Shown here piece by piece: positions 46,432 through 56,274 of a stretch of DNA of 64,000 bases. The notes under the pieces were generated by a model, which had not been told where the DNA came from, did not search any database, and worked only from the letters and a program-made list of their open reading frames with translations. Positions within the stretch are counted from its first letter, which is position 1. Each line of letters begins with the position of its first letter. Made by a program: the position numbers and the translations under genes. The stretch is taken from the NCBI GenBank assembly GCA_026988355.1, contig JALSLK010000118.1:4709-68708 (forward strand). The letters run 5' to 3'. Source of the DNA: Flavobacteriaceae bacterium. Lineage in GTDB: Bacteria; Bacteroidota; Bacteroidia; Flavobacteriales; Flavobacteriaceae.

Positions 46432-49400
46432 ATGTTTAAAAAAGTCTTAAATAGTTTTTTCATACTATTTATAGGTACATTTTTATATGCACAGCAAATC
46501 ACAGTAACAGGAGTTGTTAGCGATAATTCAGAGATTCCAATAGCAGGAGTAAATGTACAAGTAAAAGGAAAAACAACAGGAACAACAACCGATTTTGATG
46601 GAAATTACAAAATACAAGCCACCAAAGGCGATATTTTAGTTTTTTCAAACGTTTCCTTTAACTCTAAAGAAGTTACCGTAACAAGCACAACACATAATGT
46701 AATTCTTGCAGAAGGAAATCTATTAGATGAAGTGGTTGTGACAGCATTAGGAATTTCAAGAGAAAAGAAATCTTTAGGTTACTCCATACAAGAAGTAAAA
46801 GGAGATAAATTAAATAAAGGAGTAGAAGGAAATGTTGTAAATGCATTGGCAGGACAAGTAGCAGGTGTACAAATTCAAGGAACAGGAAACATTGGAGGAT
46901 CTTCAAGAATCTTATTGCGTGGAGCATCTTCTCTTACAGGTAATAACCAACCACTTTTTGTTGTCGATGGTATACCAATAGACAATTCAAACTATGGGAG
47001 CTTTAGACAAGCTTATGGAGCCAGAGATGATGTAAATGGAAATGTAGATTATGGAAATGCAGCACAAGATATAAATCCAGATGATATTGCAAGTATTTCT
47101 GTGTTAAAAGGAGCAAATGCAGCAGCATTGTATGGTTCAAGAGCAGCAAATGGAGTCATATTAATTACCACAAAAAAAGGGAAGAAAAACAAAGGCTTAG
47201 GAGTCGATGTTAATTATGGACTATTTGCAGAAACGGCGTATGATTTTCCAGATTTACAAAATGAATACGGAGGAGGACAGTCGCTTACTTTTAGTAATTT
47301 TGATGGAGATGGTATTCCAATTCAGAACGTAAGTACAGATGAGAGTTGGGGGCCACGATTAGATGGAAGATTAGTACGCCAATGGGATGGAGATGGAAAT
47401 GGAGGAGAAGTGAGACCTTGGGTAGCACATCCAGATAATTACAAAAATTTCTTTAATACAGGTATTGTATACAAAGCAAATGTAGCAGTTAGTAACGCAA
47501 ATGAAATGGGGAACTATAGAGTTTCTTATACAAAACTGAACCATCAAGGAATTGTACCTAATAGTTCTATCGATAGAAATACATTCAATATAAACTTGAA
47601 TGGTAAAATGAATAAATTATCCGTTTCTACAAGTCTTAGTTATATTAATACCAAAGGAAAAGGAAGACCAAAAACAGGAGGAAGTAGTGATAATTTGGTA
47701 TATAATATGGTAATATGGACACAACGGCAATTAGATATAGACCGTTTAAGAGATTACGAAAGAGCAGATGGTTCTCAACGAACTTGGAGAACAAATAGTT
47801 TAGATTTGACCAATGTAAGAGCAAATAACCCTTTTTGGTTGGCATACAAAGATTACCAAGACGATGAAAAAAATAGATATGTAGGTAATTTTAAAGTACA
47901 GTATGATATTACAGAAACATGGAATGCTTCTGTTCGATATGGAATAGATACTTACGGAGATAATCGTAGAGATAGAAGAGCCGTTGGGAGTAGATATACG
48001 CCATATTATATAAGTCAATTGTATGATTTTAGTGAGACTAATATAGATATAATGACACAATATAATAATCCAGAATTAAGTTCAGACTTCTCATTAAGTG
48101 CAACTTTAGGTGCTAATTTTAGATCCAATACATTAGAGGCAAATACAGGCGCGACAAGTGGAGGATTAAATATTCCAGATATTTATTCATTAGCTAATTC
48201 TGTAGATGCTCCTATACTTTATAGAAGTTTATCTAACAAGAAAACAAATGGTATTTATGCAAGTGCATCGCTAGGATATAAAAGTTATTTATATCTAGAT
48301 GTAACAGGCAGAAACGATTGGTCTTCTACATTACCTGTAGATAATTGGTCATATTTCTACCCTTCTGTAACTGGAAGTATTGTGTTTTCAAAACTAATAG
48401 AAAGTGATGTGTTGTCCTTTGGGAAATTTAGAGCAGGTTGGGCTCAGGTAGGAAATGATACCAATCCATATAGATTGTATAACAATTATTCTCAAGGAGC
48501 TGCGGTTGGAAATAATCCAGTATTTTCTCTTCCATCTACATTAAATAATGAAAAATTAAAACCAGAATTAACAACCTCATTTGAAACAGGAATTGATGTA
48601 AAGTTCTTTAAGAATCGATTAGGTATTGATTTAACATATTATACAGGAAATACAACCGATCAAATTACACCAATTAGTGTATCTGAAACTACAGGTTATA
48701 GTAGAAGATGGGTAAATGCAGGAGAAATTAAAAATTCAGGTATTGAATTGCAATTGACAGGAACACCAATCGAAACAGAAAATTTCTCTTGGAATATTGG
48801 TATAAATTGGGCACAAAATAAAAATGAAGTAGTAGCATTAGCAGCTGGTTTAGATTCCTATCTACATACAACATTTTATCCAACAGTAACCTTAGAGTCT
48901 CGTGTTGGAGAACCATACAGTTCTATATATGCAAGAAAAGTAGCAAGAGATCCAAATGGAAATATGATTGTTGGGCCAGATGGTTACTATGTAAATGGAG
49001 AAATAGAGCGAATAGGAAGCGTATTACCAGATTGGACTTCTGGAATTACCAATACGATTCGTTATAAAAATTTCTCTCTTTCTGCATTAATAGATATTCA
49101 AAAAGGAGGGGTAATATTTGGTAGAGGATACCAAACGGCTTTATATGCAGGAACTTTAGCAGAAACAACGGCAAATGGCGTTCGTGAAAATGGTATAGTA
49201 GCAGAAGGAGTGATGGATGATGGGAATGGAGGATATGTAACCAATACAACACCAGCAGTTAGTGTAAGTCAGTTTTTTAGATTAAAAAGAAGAAATCCTG
49301 GCGATTTTACCGTTTTTGATGCAAGTTTTGTAAAACTTAGAGAAATGTCTTTGCAATATAAGTTTCCTTCGAGAGTATTAGGATCACTACCAATTTCAGG

Positions 49401-49569
49401 ATTAAATATTTCGATAATAGGAAGAAATCTAGCAATATTATCTAGAAATACACCTAATGGTTACGATCCAGAATCTGCAGGTAATGCTTCTGGAAATATA
49501 CAAGGTAGAGAATATGGACAATTGCCTACAGCAAGAACTATAGGTATGAATGTTAAAATATCATTTTAA
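46432..49569 (+). CDS. SusC/RagA-family TonB-linked outer membrane transporter
   Basis: CarboxypepD_reg domain (ITVTGVVSDNSEIPIAGVNVQVKGKTTGTTTDFDGNY). The VVVTALGISREKKSLGYS signature. 1045 aa with a terminal Phe. Confidence 0.9.
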   Translation: MFKKVLNSFFILFIGTFLYAQQITVTGVVSDNSEIPIAGVNVQVKGKTTGTTTDFDGNYKIQATKGDILVFSNVSFNSKEVTVTSTTHNVILAEGNLLDEVVVTALGISREKKSLGYSIQEVKGDKLNKGVEGNVVNALAGQVAGVQIQGTGNIGGSSRILLRGASSLTGNNQPLFVVDGIPIDNSNYGSFRQAYGARDDVNGNVDYGNAAQDINPDDIASISVLKGANAAALYGSRAANGVILITTKKGKKNKGLGVDVNYGLFAETAYDFPDLQNEYGGGQSLTFSNFDGDGIPIQNVSTDESWGPRLDGRLVRQWDGDGNGGEVRPWVAHPDNYKNFFNTGIVYKANVAVSNANEMGNYRVSYTKLNHQGIVPNSSIDRNTFNINLNGKMNKLSVSTSLSYINTKGKGRPKTGGSSDNLVYNMVIWTQRQLDIDRLRDYERADGSQRTWRTNSLDLTNVRANNPFWLAYKDYQDDEKNRYVGNFKVQYDITETWNASVRYGIDTYGDNRRDRRAVGSRYTPYYISQLYDFSETNIDIMTQYNNPELSSDFSLSATLGANFRSNTLEANTGATSGGLNIPDIYSLANSVDAPILYRSLSNKKTNGIYASASLGYKSYLYLDVTGRNDWSSTLPVDNWSYFYPSVTGSIVFSKLIESDVLSFGKFRAGWAQVGNDTNPYRLYNNYSQGAAVGNNPVFSLPSTLNNEKLKPELTTSFETGIDVKFFKNRLGIDLTYYTGNTTDQITPISVSETTGYSRRWVNAGEIKNSGIELQLTGTPIETENFSWNIGINWAQNKNEVVALAAGLDSYLHTTFYPTVTLESRVGEPYSSIYARKVARDPNGNMIVGPDGYYVNGEIERIGSVLPDWTSGITNTIRYKNFSLSALIDIQKGGVIFGRGYQTALYAGTLAETTANGVRENGIVAEGVMDDGNGGYVTNTTPAVSVSQFFRLKRRNPGDFTVFDASFVKLREMSLQYKFPSRVLGSLPISGLNISIIGRNLAILSRNTPNGYDPESAGNASGNIQGREYGQLPTARTIGMNVKISF

Positions 49570-49579
49570 ATTATAAATT

Positions 49580-51043
49580 ATGAAAAAAATAATAATATTA
49601 TTGTTAGGTTTTGTCGTACTATCATGTACTAGTGGTTTCGAAGAATTAAATAAAGATCCATTAGCAGCAAATGTAGTTCCAACACCAACATTATTAACCA
49701 AAGCAATGCAAGATTTGATCGGAATAAATTCAGGTCTTGGTTACAATAAGACTTTTATGTTGTATTCGCAACAATGGTCGCAACGAGAAACTACAACTCG
49801 TAGTTTGTACGGAATTAGCAGTACTTCTGGAGATTGGAGTGCATGGTATTTAAATGGATTGCCAGAATTGGTAGACATTATTAAATTGAATACAGGAGAA
49901 GATAAAGCCCGTTTTGCAGCATACGGAAAAAATGAAAACCAAATAGCCGTAGCAAAAATTTTAAAAGCTTGGGCATTTCATAATATTACAGATACTTGGG
50001 GAAATGTACCATATTCAGAGACTTTTGTGTTTGATATATCAGAACCTAAATACGATAAGCAATCTGAAATATATCCAAGTTTGATAAACGAATTAAAAGA
50101 AGCTGTAAATATGATTGATGTTAATGCGTCAGGATTTACAAGTGGCGACTTGATGTATGGAGGAGATATGAATAAATGGAAAGCATTTGCTAATTCATTA
50201 CGTGCAAGAATAGCAATGCGAATGTCTGAAGTAGATGCAAGTATGGCACAAGCAGAAGTTGCAGATGCACTAGGAGCAATGGTATTTACCAATAATTCTG
50301 AAAATGCTCAAATTGCATTTCAAAATGCAGAAGCAAATGCAAACCCTTTGTATTTAGAATTTTTAAATCAGCAATGGACATTTGTTAGTGAACCAATGAT
50401 AGACTTAATGAATTCTTACGGTTCTGGAACAGCAGCAGTACCATCAGATCCTAGAGTAATGAAATTTGCAGCACAAAATGATGCAGGTAATTATTTTGGG
50501 TTTCCTTATGGATTAACCACCTCAGAAAGTATAGATAATTATACAATAACAGAGCGTTCATGGCCAAGTGAAATGGTTCGTGCCATAGATTTTCCAAGTT
50601 ATATTATGACATATTCGGAGCTGTTATTTATTAAAGCAGAAGCAGAACAAAGAGGTTGGTTTGGCGCAATAGGAGATGCAGCAACAACATACAATCAAGC
50701 TATTGAAGCAAGTATGGATCAATGGAATGTTAGCACAGCAGATGTTGCAACATATACAGCATTACCAGATGTGCAATATGATGCTGCAAATTGGAGAAAA
50801 ATGATAGGAGAACAAAAATATATTTCATTATATACACAAGGATCTAATGCATGGAGTGAATGGAGAAGATTGGATTTTCCAGCTTTGGTTTTTCCTACAG
50901 AAGCATCTTCAAATGCATCAGAAATTCCAAGAAGATTCTTTTACTCTTCAAGAGAAGCAATTGTAAATAGTCAAAATTTAGATCAAGCAATTACAGATAT
51001 GGGAGGAGATGATTTTTCTACTAGAATGTGGTGGGATCAATAA
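49580..51043 (+). CDS. SusD/RagB-family outer membrane lipoprotein
   Basis: Lipobox VVLSCTS. Starts 10 nt after the SusC gene. 487 aa, helical/TPR-like composition, ending ...RMWWDQ. Confidence 0.8.
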   Translation: MKKIIILLLGFVVLSCTSGFEELNKDPLAANVVPTPTLLTKAMQDLIGINSGLGYNKTFMLYSQQWSQRETTTRSLYGISSTSGDWSAWYLNGLPELVDIIKLNTGEDKARFAAYGKNENQIAVAKILKAWAFHNITDTWGNVPYSETFVFDISEPKYDKQSEIYPSLINELKEAVNMIDVNASGFTSGDLMYGGDMNKWKAFANSLRARIAMRMSEVDASMAQAEVADALGAMVFTNNSENAQIAFQNAEANANPLYLEFLNQQWTFVSEPMIDLMNSYGSGTAAVPSDPRVMKFAAQNDAGNYFGFPYGLTTSESIDNYTITERSWPSEMVRAIDFPSYIMTYSELLFIKAEAEQRGWFGAIGDAATTYNQAIEASMDQWNVSTADVATYTALPDVQYDAANWRKMIGEQKYISLYTQGSNAWSEWRRLDFPALVFPTEASSNASEIPRRFFYSSREAIVNSQNLDQAITDMGGDDFSTRMWWDQ

Positions 51044-51075
51044 AATAAGATAAAAGTTATAAAAAAGAGATTGTT

Positions 51076-52101
51076 TTACAACAATCTCTTTTTTGTATTT
51101 AGAACCTTTAACAAATCATCTAAATCTTTTTTAGTATGATTGGCATTAAGAATAATTCGGTTAATGGTATTGTTACCATAAATAAAACTTGTAGTAATAA
51201 TTTTGTTTTCTAAAAGTTTGGATTTTAATTTTTCGGAATAATAACAAACAGGATAATTAAGAGAATAATTAACCGTATGGTTATTGAGATGTCTGTAAAA
51301 ATAATTCAAATTAGATTTTAATCGAATTAATTGCTCTTGGTATACCTCCTTAGCATCAATAATACTTTGTAAATACGCAGGATTAACACCAGCAGCACCA
51401 ATAAATAAATCACTATTTTTTATTTTATCAATAAAATTTTTATCACTAGCAATAATACCACCAGAAATTCCATACGATTTGCTAAGAGAAGAAACAAAAA
51501 TTTTCCTTTTTACAATAGGATGGTTAATCTCCGAAGAAATTCCACAGCCATTTTTGCCCAAAACACCTAAACTGTGCGATTCGTCGATAAGTAACGTTAT
51601 TTTTTTTGAAGGATGAATGGTATGTAAAAAATCAAAATTTGTAGCTTTAGTCTGTAATGCTAAAATAGCATCCGAAGTAATAATAATATCTTCTTCTTTG
51701 TTACTTAATAGTATTGGATTTAAAGTTCCATTAATAAAAGCAGGGCTACTATCATTAAAAATTATTGAAGCGTGCGAGTTATTAAGATGAAACGACTTTA
51801 TTTTTTTAGTCTTAAAAAAATCTTTAACAAGAAAACTAGCCAAAGTTCCAGAAGAGATGCTTACAGAAGATTCAAAATTTAAAAATTTGGCAAAATAAGT
51901 TTCAAAAGTATTGTAAATAGCAAGTTTAATATTTGCATTTCTAGAGCTACCATACGAAGTTCCCCATTTTATTAAATTGGAATTTAGAATAGAAATAAAT
52001 GTAGAATTATTCTGTATGCCTAAATAATGTGTGCCTCCAAAATACAAGTAAGTATCCTTGTTAACATTAATTTTTCTATCTGGATATTTATTTACAATCA
52101 T
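51076..52101 (-). CDS. alpha-oxoamine synthase-family PLP enzyme (AONS/KBL/serine palmitoyltransferase-like), short form
   Basis: LIDESHSLGVLG and the PLP-lysine motif SSLSKSYGISGG. 341 aa. Its start overlaps the epimerase stop by 4 bp. Confidence 0.68.
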   Translation of the reverse strand: MIVNKYPDRKINVNKDTYLYFGGTHYLGIQNNSTFISILNSNLIKWGTSYGSSRNANIKLAIYNTFETYFAKFLNFESSVSISSGTLASFLVKDFFKTKKIKSFHLNNSHASIIFNDSSPAFINGTLNPILLSNKEEDIIITSDAILALQTKATNFDFLHTIHPSKKITLLIDESHSLGVLGKNGCGISSEINHPIVKRKIFVSSLSKSYGISGGIIASDKNFIDKIKNSDLFIGAAGVNPAYLQSIIDAKEVYQEQLIRLKSNLNYFYRHLNNHTVNYSLNYPVCYYSEKLKSKLLENKIITTSFIYGNNTINRIILNANHTKKDLDDLLKVLNTKKRLL

Positions 52102-53108
52102 TTTAAACTAGCACCAGTACCATTACCATTACAATATGTAGTCTTACCGTCAATTATTGTTACACCATTGGCAATATCATTTTTAAGAAGCAAAGCACCA
52201 TCCATATCTACATAATCTAATAAAGGCAATAAATGAGCAATTGCCGAAATACCAACAGAAGATTCTGTCATACAACCAACCATGGTTTTAAGTCCAAGAT
52301 TTTTTGCTTTAATCAACATTCTTTTCCCAGAAGTAACACCGCCACATTTAACTAATTTGACATTAACACCGTGAAAGTGATTGTGGCATTTTTCAATATC
52401 CTCTTCAATTTGGCAGCTTTCATCTGCAATAATAGGTAAAACGGAATTTTTAAATAATTTATGATGACCAACCCAATCTTTTGCAGGAAGCGGTTGTTCA
52501 ATAAACTCGACACCAAGGGTTTTTAATGCAATTGCGTTTTTTAAAGTTTCATCTACAGTCCAACCACAATTAGCATCTACTCTAAAAATAGCATTCGTTT
52601 GTTTTCTTAAAGCCTTAATAATTTTTAAATCGTCTTTAGTACCAAGTTTAATTTTATAAATTGGCCAAGGCATTTCTGCCATTTTAGCAATCATATTTTC
52701 GATAGAATCAATACCAATAGTAAAGTTTGTTAATGGATTGTTTGTAGGTTTTAAATGCCATAATTCATATAATTTTTTGTGCTGTTTTTTTGCATATAAA
52801 TCATTAAAAGCAATATCCAAAGCACAAAGCGCAAACATATTTTTTTTTAAATGCGGAAAAACAATATCCCAAAATTCCGAAGGAGTTTTGTTCGCATTAC
52901 TTTCGATAATAGATTTAATTTTAGTTAAATCGCTTCTCATTTTTTGAACCGTAATCTTATAATAAGGATTAGAAGTTGCTTCGCCAATGCCAATAAAATT
53001 ACCATCTATTAATTTTAGAATTAAGGTTGGTTGTGTGTTATACGATTCTCTAGAAATGGTAAAACGATGTTTTAATTCTAACAAATGTTCTTCTAATTGT
53101 AGCTTCAT
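52098..53108 (-). CDS. dipeptide epimerase (L-Ala-D/L-Glu epimerase-like, enolase superfamily MLE subgroup)
   Basis: KxK (IYKIKLG). Metal ligands FRVDANCGW, FIEQP, IADES. Second Lys in VNVKLVKCGG. DxD dipeptide-ammonium motif (YVDMDG). Confidence 0.8.
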   Translation of the reverse strand: MKLQLEEHLLELKHRFTISRESYNTQPTLILKLIDGNFIGIGEATSNPYYKITVQKMRSDLTKIKSIIESNANKTPSEFWDIVFPHLKKNMFALCALDIAFNDLYAKKQHKKLYELWHLKPTNNPLTNFTIGIDSIENMIAKMAEMPWPIYKIKLGTKDDLKIIKALRKQTNAIFRVDANCGWTVDETLKNAIALKTLGVEFIEQPLPAKDWVGHHKLFKNSVLPIIADESCQIEEDIEKCHNHFHGVNVKLVKCGGVTSGKRMLIKAKNLGLKTMVGCMTESSVGISAIAHLLPLLDYVDMDGALLLKNDIANGVTIIDGKTTYCNGNGTGASLK

Positions 53109-53170
53109 TATACGATTTTAAATATCGAAAGTACAATTAAAAAATGAAAAATAAAAAGTTAAAACAACTA

Positions 53171-53308
53171 TTATTCTTTATTTTTTTTCTTTCCACTACG
53201 CATAAAAAGAATTAGCATTAAAGCTAATCCACCGAAGACGACGAATAAAAAAACTCCTCCAATAACTCCCATTCCCCAATCAATAAGCGGTATAAAATTT
53301 TTTATCAT
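53171..53308 (-). CDS. possible small membrane protein (45 aa)
   Basis: MIKNFIPLIDWGMGVIGGVFLFVVFGGLALMLILFMRSGKKKNKE: one TM helix plus a basic tail. I chose the internal Met because the upstream 20 codons are occupied by promoter module P3. Confidence 0.3.
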   Translation of the reverse strand: MIKNFIPLIDWGMGVIGGVFLFVVFGGLALMLILFMRSGKKKNKE

Positions 53309-53324
53309 TTGTTTATTTTTATGA

Positions 53325-53368
53325 CAAAAATAATTAAAAAGACATTTTCTAGAAATGATTTTTATCAT
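53325..53368 (-). promoter_or_regulatory. composite promoter-like module P3: ATGATAAAAATCAT - N22 - TATTTTTG
   Basis: The 14-mer is the complement of 53355-53368, the spacer is 22 nt, and the -7 box is the complement of 53325-53332. The box ends 16 nt upstream of the ATG at 53308. Confidence 0.45.
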
Positions 53369-53415
53369 GTGTAAAAAATTATGAACAAAAAACAGTTTAG
53401 TTACAACATAAAGAG

Positions 53416-53423
53416 TACTTTTG
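53416..53423 (+). promoter_or_regulatory. candidate -7 box TACTTTTG for typA
   Basis: TAnnTTTG followed by CACC, 19 nt upstream of the typA ATG. Confidence 0.45.
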
Positions 53424-53442
53424 CACCTTATAAAAAATAAGT

Positions 53443-55218
53443 ATGCAATCCATTAGAAATATCGCTATTATAGCACACGTAGATCACGGAAAAACGACCT
53501 TGGTTGATAAAATTATCGATCAAGCAAAAATTTTAGATGAACGTAAAGTAAGAACAGAACTATTATTAGATAGTAATGATTTAGAAAGAGAAAGAGGAAT
53601 AACAATACTTTCTAAAAATGTTTCCGTTACTTATCAAGGAGTAAAAATTAATGTCATAGATACGCCAGGTCACGCCGATTTTGGTGGAGAAGTAGAACGA
53701 GTTTTAAAAATGGCAGATGGAGTACTCTTATTGGTAGATGCTTTTGAAGGACCAATGCCACAAACACGTTTTGTGTTAGGTAAGGCTTTAGAATTAGGAT
53801 TAACTCCAATTGTAGTAGTAAATAAAGTAGATAAAGAGAATTGTACACCAGATATTGTACATGAAAAAGTATTCGATTTAATGTTTGCATTAGATGCAAC
53901 AGAAGAACAATTAGATTTTCAAACCATTTATGGATCTGCAAAAAATGGATGGATGAATACCGATTGGAAGGAAGAGACAGACAATATAATTCCTCTGTTA
54001 GATGCAATTATAGCACATATACCAGAAGCACCTTATAGAGAAGGAACACCACAAATGCAAATAACATCTTTGGATTTTTCGAAATTTACAGGACGTATCG
54101 CAATTGGTCGTTTATTTAGAGGTGATTTAGAAGAGAATAAAGACTACATGCTTTGTAAAGCAGACGGAACAACTAAAAAAGTGCGTATTAAGGAATTACA
54201 CGTTTTTGAAGGAATGGGTAAAGCAAAAGTAAGTAAAGTACGCAGTGGAGATATCTGTGCTATTACTGGAATTGAAGGGTTTGAAATTGGAGATACTATT
54301 GCAGATATAGAAAATCCAGAAGCAATGCCACGTATTTCAATTGATCAGCCAACAATGAGTATGTTATTTACAATAAATAATTCTCCATTTTTTGGAAAAG
54401 AAGGAAAGTATGTAACTTCACGACACCTAAGAGATAGATTAGAGCAAGAGCTGGAGAAAAATTTAGCCATGAAAGTAGAATATACCGATTCGGAAGATAA
54501 ATTTATTGTTTTTGGAAGAGGAGTATTACACTTATCGGTACTTATTGAAACCATGCGTAGAGAAGGGTATGAGTTGCAAGTTGGAAAACCAAATGTAATT
54601 GTAAAGCAAATTGATGGTGTGAAATGCGAACCAATGGAAACATTATCTATTGATGTGCCAGAAGAAGTAGCAAGTAAAGCAATAAATTTAGTATCTCTAC
54701 GTAAAGGAGATTTATTGGTAATGGAACCAAAAGGAGATTTACAACATTTAGAATTTACAATTCCATCACGTGGATTAATAGGTTTACGTAATAAAATTTT
54801 AACAGCTACTTCTGGAGCAGCAATTATAAATCATCGTTTTTCAGAATATGCACCTTATAAAGGTAATATGTCTACCGATGATTTAAAAGGAGCAATCGTT
54901 TCAAATATAACAGGTAAAGCAACGGCTTATGCAATAGACCGTTTACAAGATAGAGGTCGCTTTTTTATAGATCCAAATCAAGAAATATATAAAGGACAAG
55001 TTGTAGGAGAAAATAGTAAAAGTGAAGACATGGCAGTTAACCTAATTAAAGGAAAACAGTTAACCAATGTACGTTCTTCAGGAACAGATAATGCAGCAAA
55101 AATTTTCCCTAAAGTAGAAATGTCTTTAGAAGAATGTATGGAGTATATTAGAGACGATGAATATTTAGAAGTTACACCATTGAGTTTACGAATGCGAAAA
55201 ATTAATTTTGTAAAATAA
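53443..55218 (+). CDS. typA: translational GTPase TypA/BipA
   Basis: IRNIAIIAHVDHGKTTLVDK, DTPGHADFGGEVER, NKVD. 591 aa. Confidence 0.92.
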   Translation: MQSIRNIAIIAHVDHGKTTLVDKIIDQAKILDERKVRTELLLDSNDLERERGITILSKNVSVTYQGVKINVIDTPGHADFGGEVERVLKMADGVLLLVDAFEGPMPQTRFVLGKALELGLTPIVVVNKVDKENCTPDIVHEKVFDLMFALDATEEQLDFQTIYGSAKNGWMNTDWKEETDNIIPLLDAIIAHIPEAPYREGTPQMQITSLDFSKFTGRIAIGRLFRGDLEENKDYMLCKADGTTKKVRIKELHVFEGMGKAKVSKVRSGDICAITGIEGFEIGDTIADIENPEAMPRISIDQPTMSMLFTINNSPFFGKEGKYVTSRHLRDRLEQELEKNLAMKVEYTDSEDKFIVFGRGVLHLSVLIETMRREGYELQVGKPNVIVKQIDGVKCEPMETLSIDVPEEVASKAINLVSLRKGDLLVMEPKGDLQHLEFTIPSRGLIGLRNKILTATSGAAIINHRFSEYAPYKGNMSTDDLKGAIVSNITGKATAYAIDRLQDRGRFFIDPNQEIYKGQVVGENSKSEDMAVNLIKGKQLTNVRSSGTDNAAKIFPKVEMSLEECMEYIRDDEYLEVTPLSLRMRKINFVK

Positions 55219-55237
55219 CAAGAAAGAGCCTCATTTT

Positions 55238-55267
55238 AAAAATCCCGATTTATTCGGGATTTTTTAT
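55238..55267 (+). terminator. rho-independent terminator after typA
   Basis: AAAAATCCCGA / TCGGGATTTTT stem, 5-nt loop, T-run. Confidence 0.7.
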
Positions 55268-55345
55268 TTTAAAATAGTTTTTTCTGAAAAATGAAATATA
55301 AAAAAAAAGAATGCGTTGTAATTTAATAATATAAAATAACTATAA

Positions 55346-56215
55346 ATGAGAAAATTTTCTTTGCTAACAAATATTATTTTATCAATAGCTGTTTTGTCTT
55401 GTACAAAAAATATACCAACAGTAGAAGTAACAAATCTAGAACCACAACTTTTATTTAAATCAGGATTTGAAGGCGATGTAGAAATTATCGCAAATCCAGA
55501 TGCAAATAGTATCGATTACGATGTGATTACAGGAACCGATACCGAAACAAATTTTATATGGCCAATTTCCATTCTTGGAGCTAATGGAAGTGGATTGCAT
55601 TATGTGGAAGATGATAGCCGTCAGGCAATTATTTCTGAAATTCAAACCGTAATTGGACACAATGGAAATGAAACTAAAGCATTGTACAGTAAAGAAAATT
55701 ATAGTATTGGAGCTACACAATGTCCGTACGAAATTTTAGATATTATAGATGGAAGAAAAGATTTATATATTAAATATTGGATTAAATTGGATAGTGAGAG
55801 TTTAACACAAACGAATAAATGGCGTACCTTTTTTGAATACAAAACAAAAGATTATGCCAATGGTAACGGATTTAGATTAATTTCATTTATTTATACAGAC
55901 TCACAAGGAAATCCGTATTGGCATTGGCAAGGAGATGCAAACCCAGAAAATCCAATTTGGGAAATTGATAATTACGATATATCAGTACCAATGAACGAAT
56001 GGTTTTTAACCGAATTTTATTGGCATTGGAGTGAGGGAGAAGAAGGTAGAGCATTGTGGAAGATTAATGGACAAGTTATAGGAGACCATCGTGGAGCTAC
56101 AACTAGAAATTCAAAACCAATTGATTTTATTATGTTAACTCAAATTTATGGCGATGCAAATCCAAAACACCAATGGATTGACGATATTGAAATATGGAAT
56201 GCATTACCAGAATAG
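55346..56215 (+). CDS. hypothetical lipoprotein, Trp-rich, probably a beta-jelly-roll (concanavalin-like) fold
   Basis: Lipobox AVLSCTK. The C-terminal pattern W..F.EYK...WEIDN...NEWF..EFYW....G....W.ING is reminiscent of lectin/lyase-type jelly rolls. Not assignable without a search. Confidence 0.5.
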   Translation: MRKFSLLTNIILSIAVLSCTKNIPTVEVTNLEPQLLFKSGFEGDVEIIANPDANSIDYDVITGTDTETNFIWPISILGANGSGLHYVEDDSRQAIISEIQTVIGHNGNETKALYSKENYSIGATQCPYEILDIIDGRKDLYIKYWIKLDSESLTQTNKWRTFFEYKTKDYANGNGFRLISFIYTDSQGNPYWHWQGDANPENPIWEIDNYDISVPMNEWFLTEFYWHWSEGEEGRALWKINGQVIGDHRGATTRNSKPIDFIMLTQIYGDANPKHQWIDDIEIWNALPE

Positions 56216-56274
56216 TATTGTTAAAGCTAGTAAAATCATAAAATTTACTTTGTTTAAAATATCTTAAATAAAAA

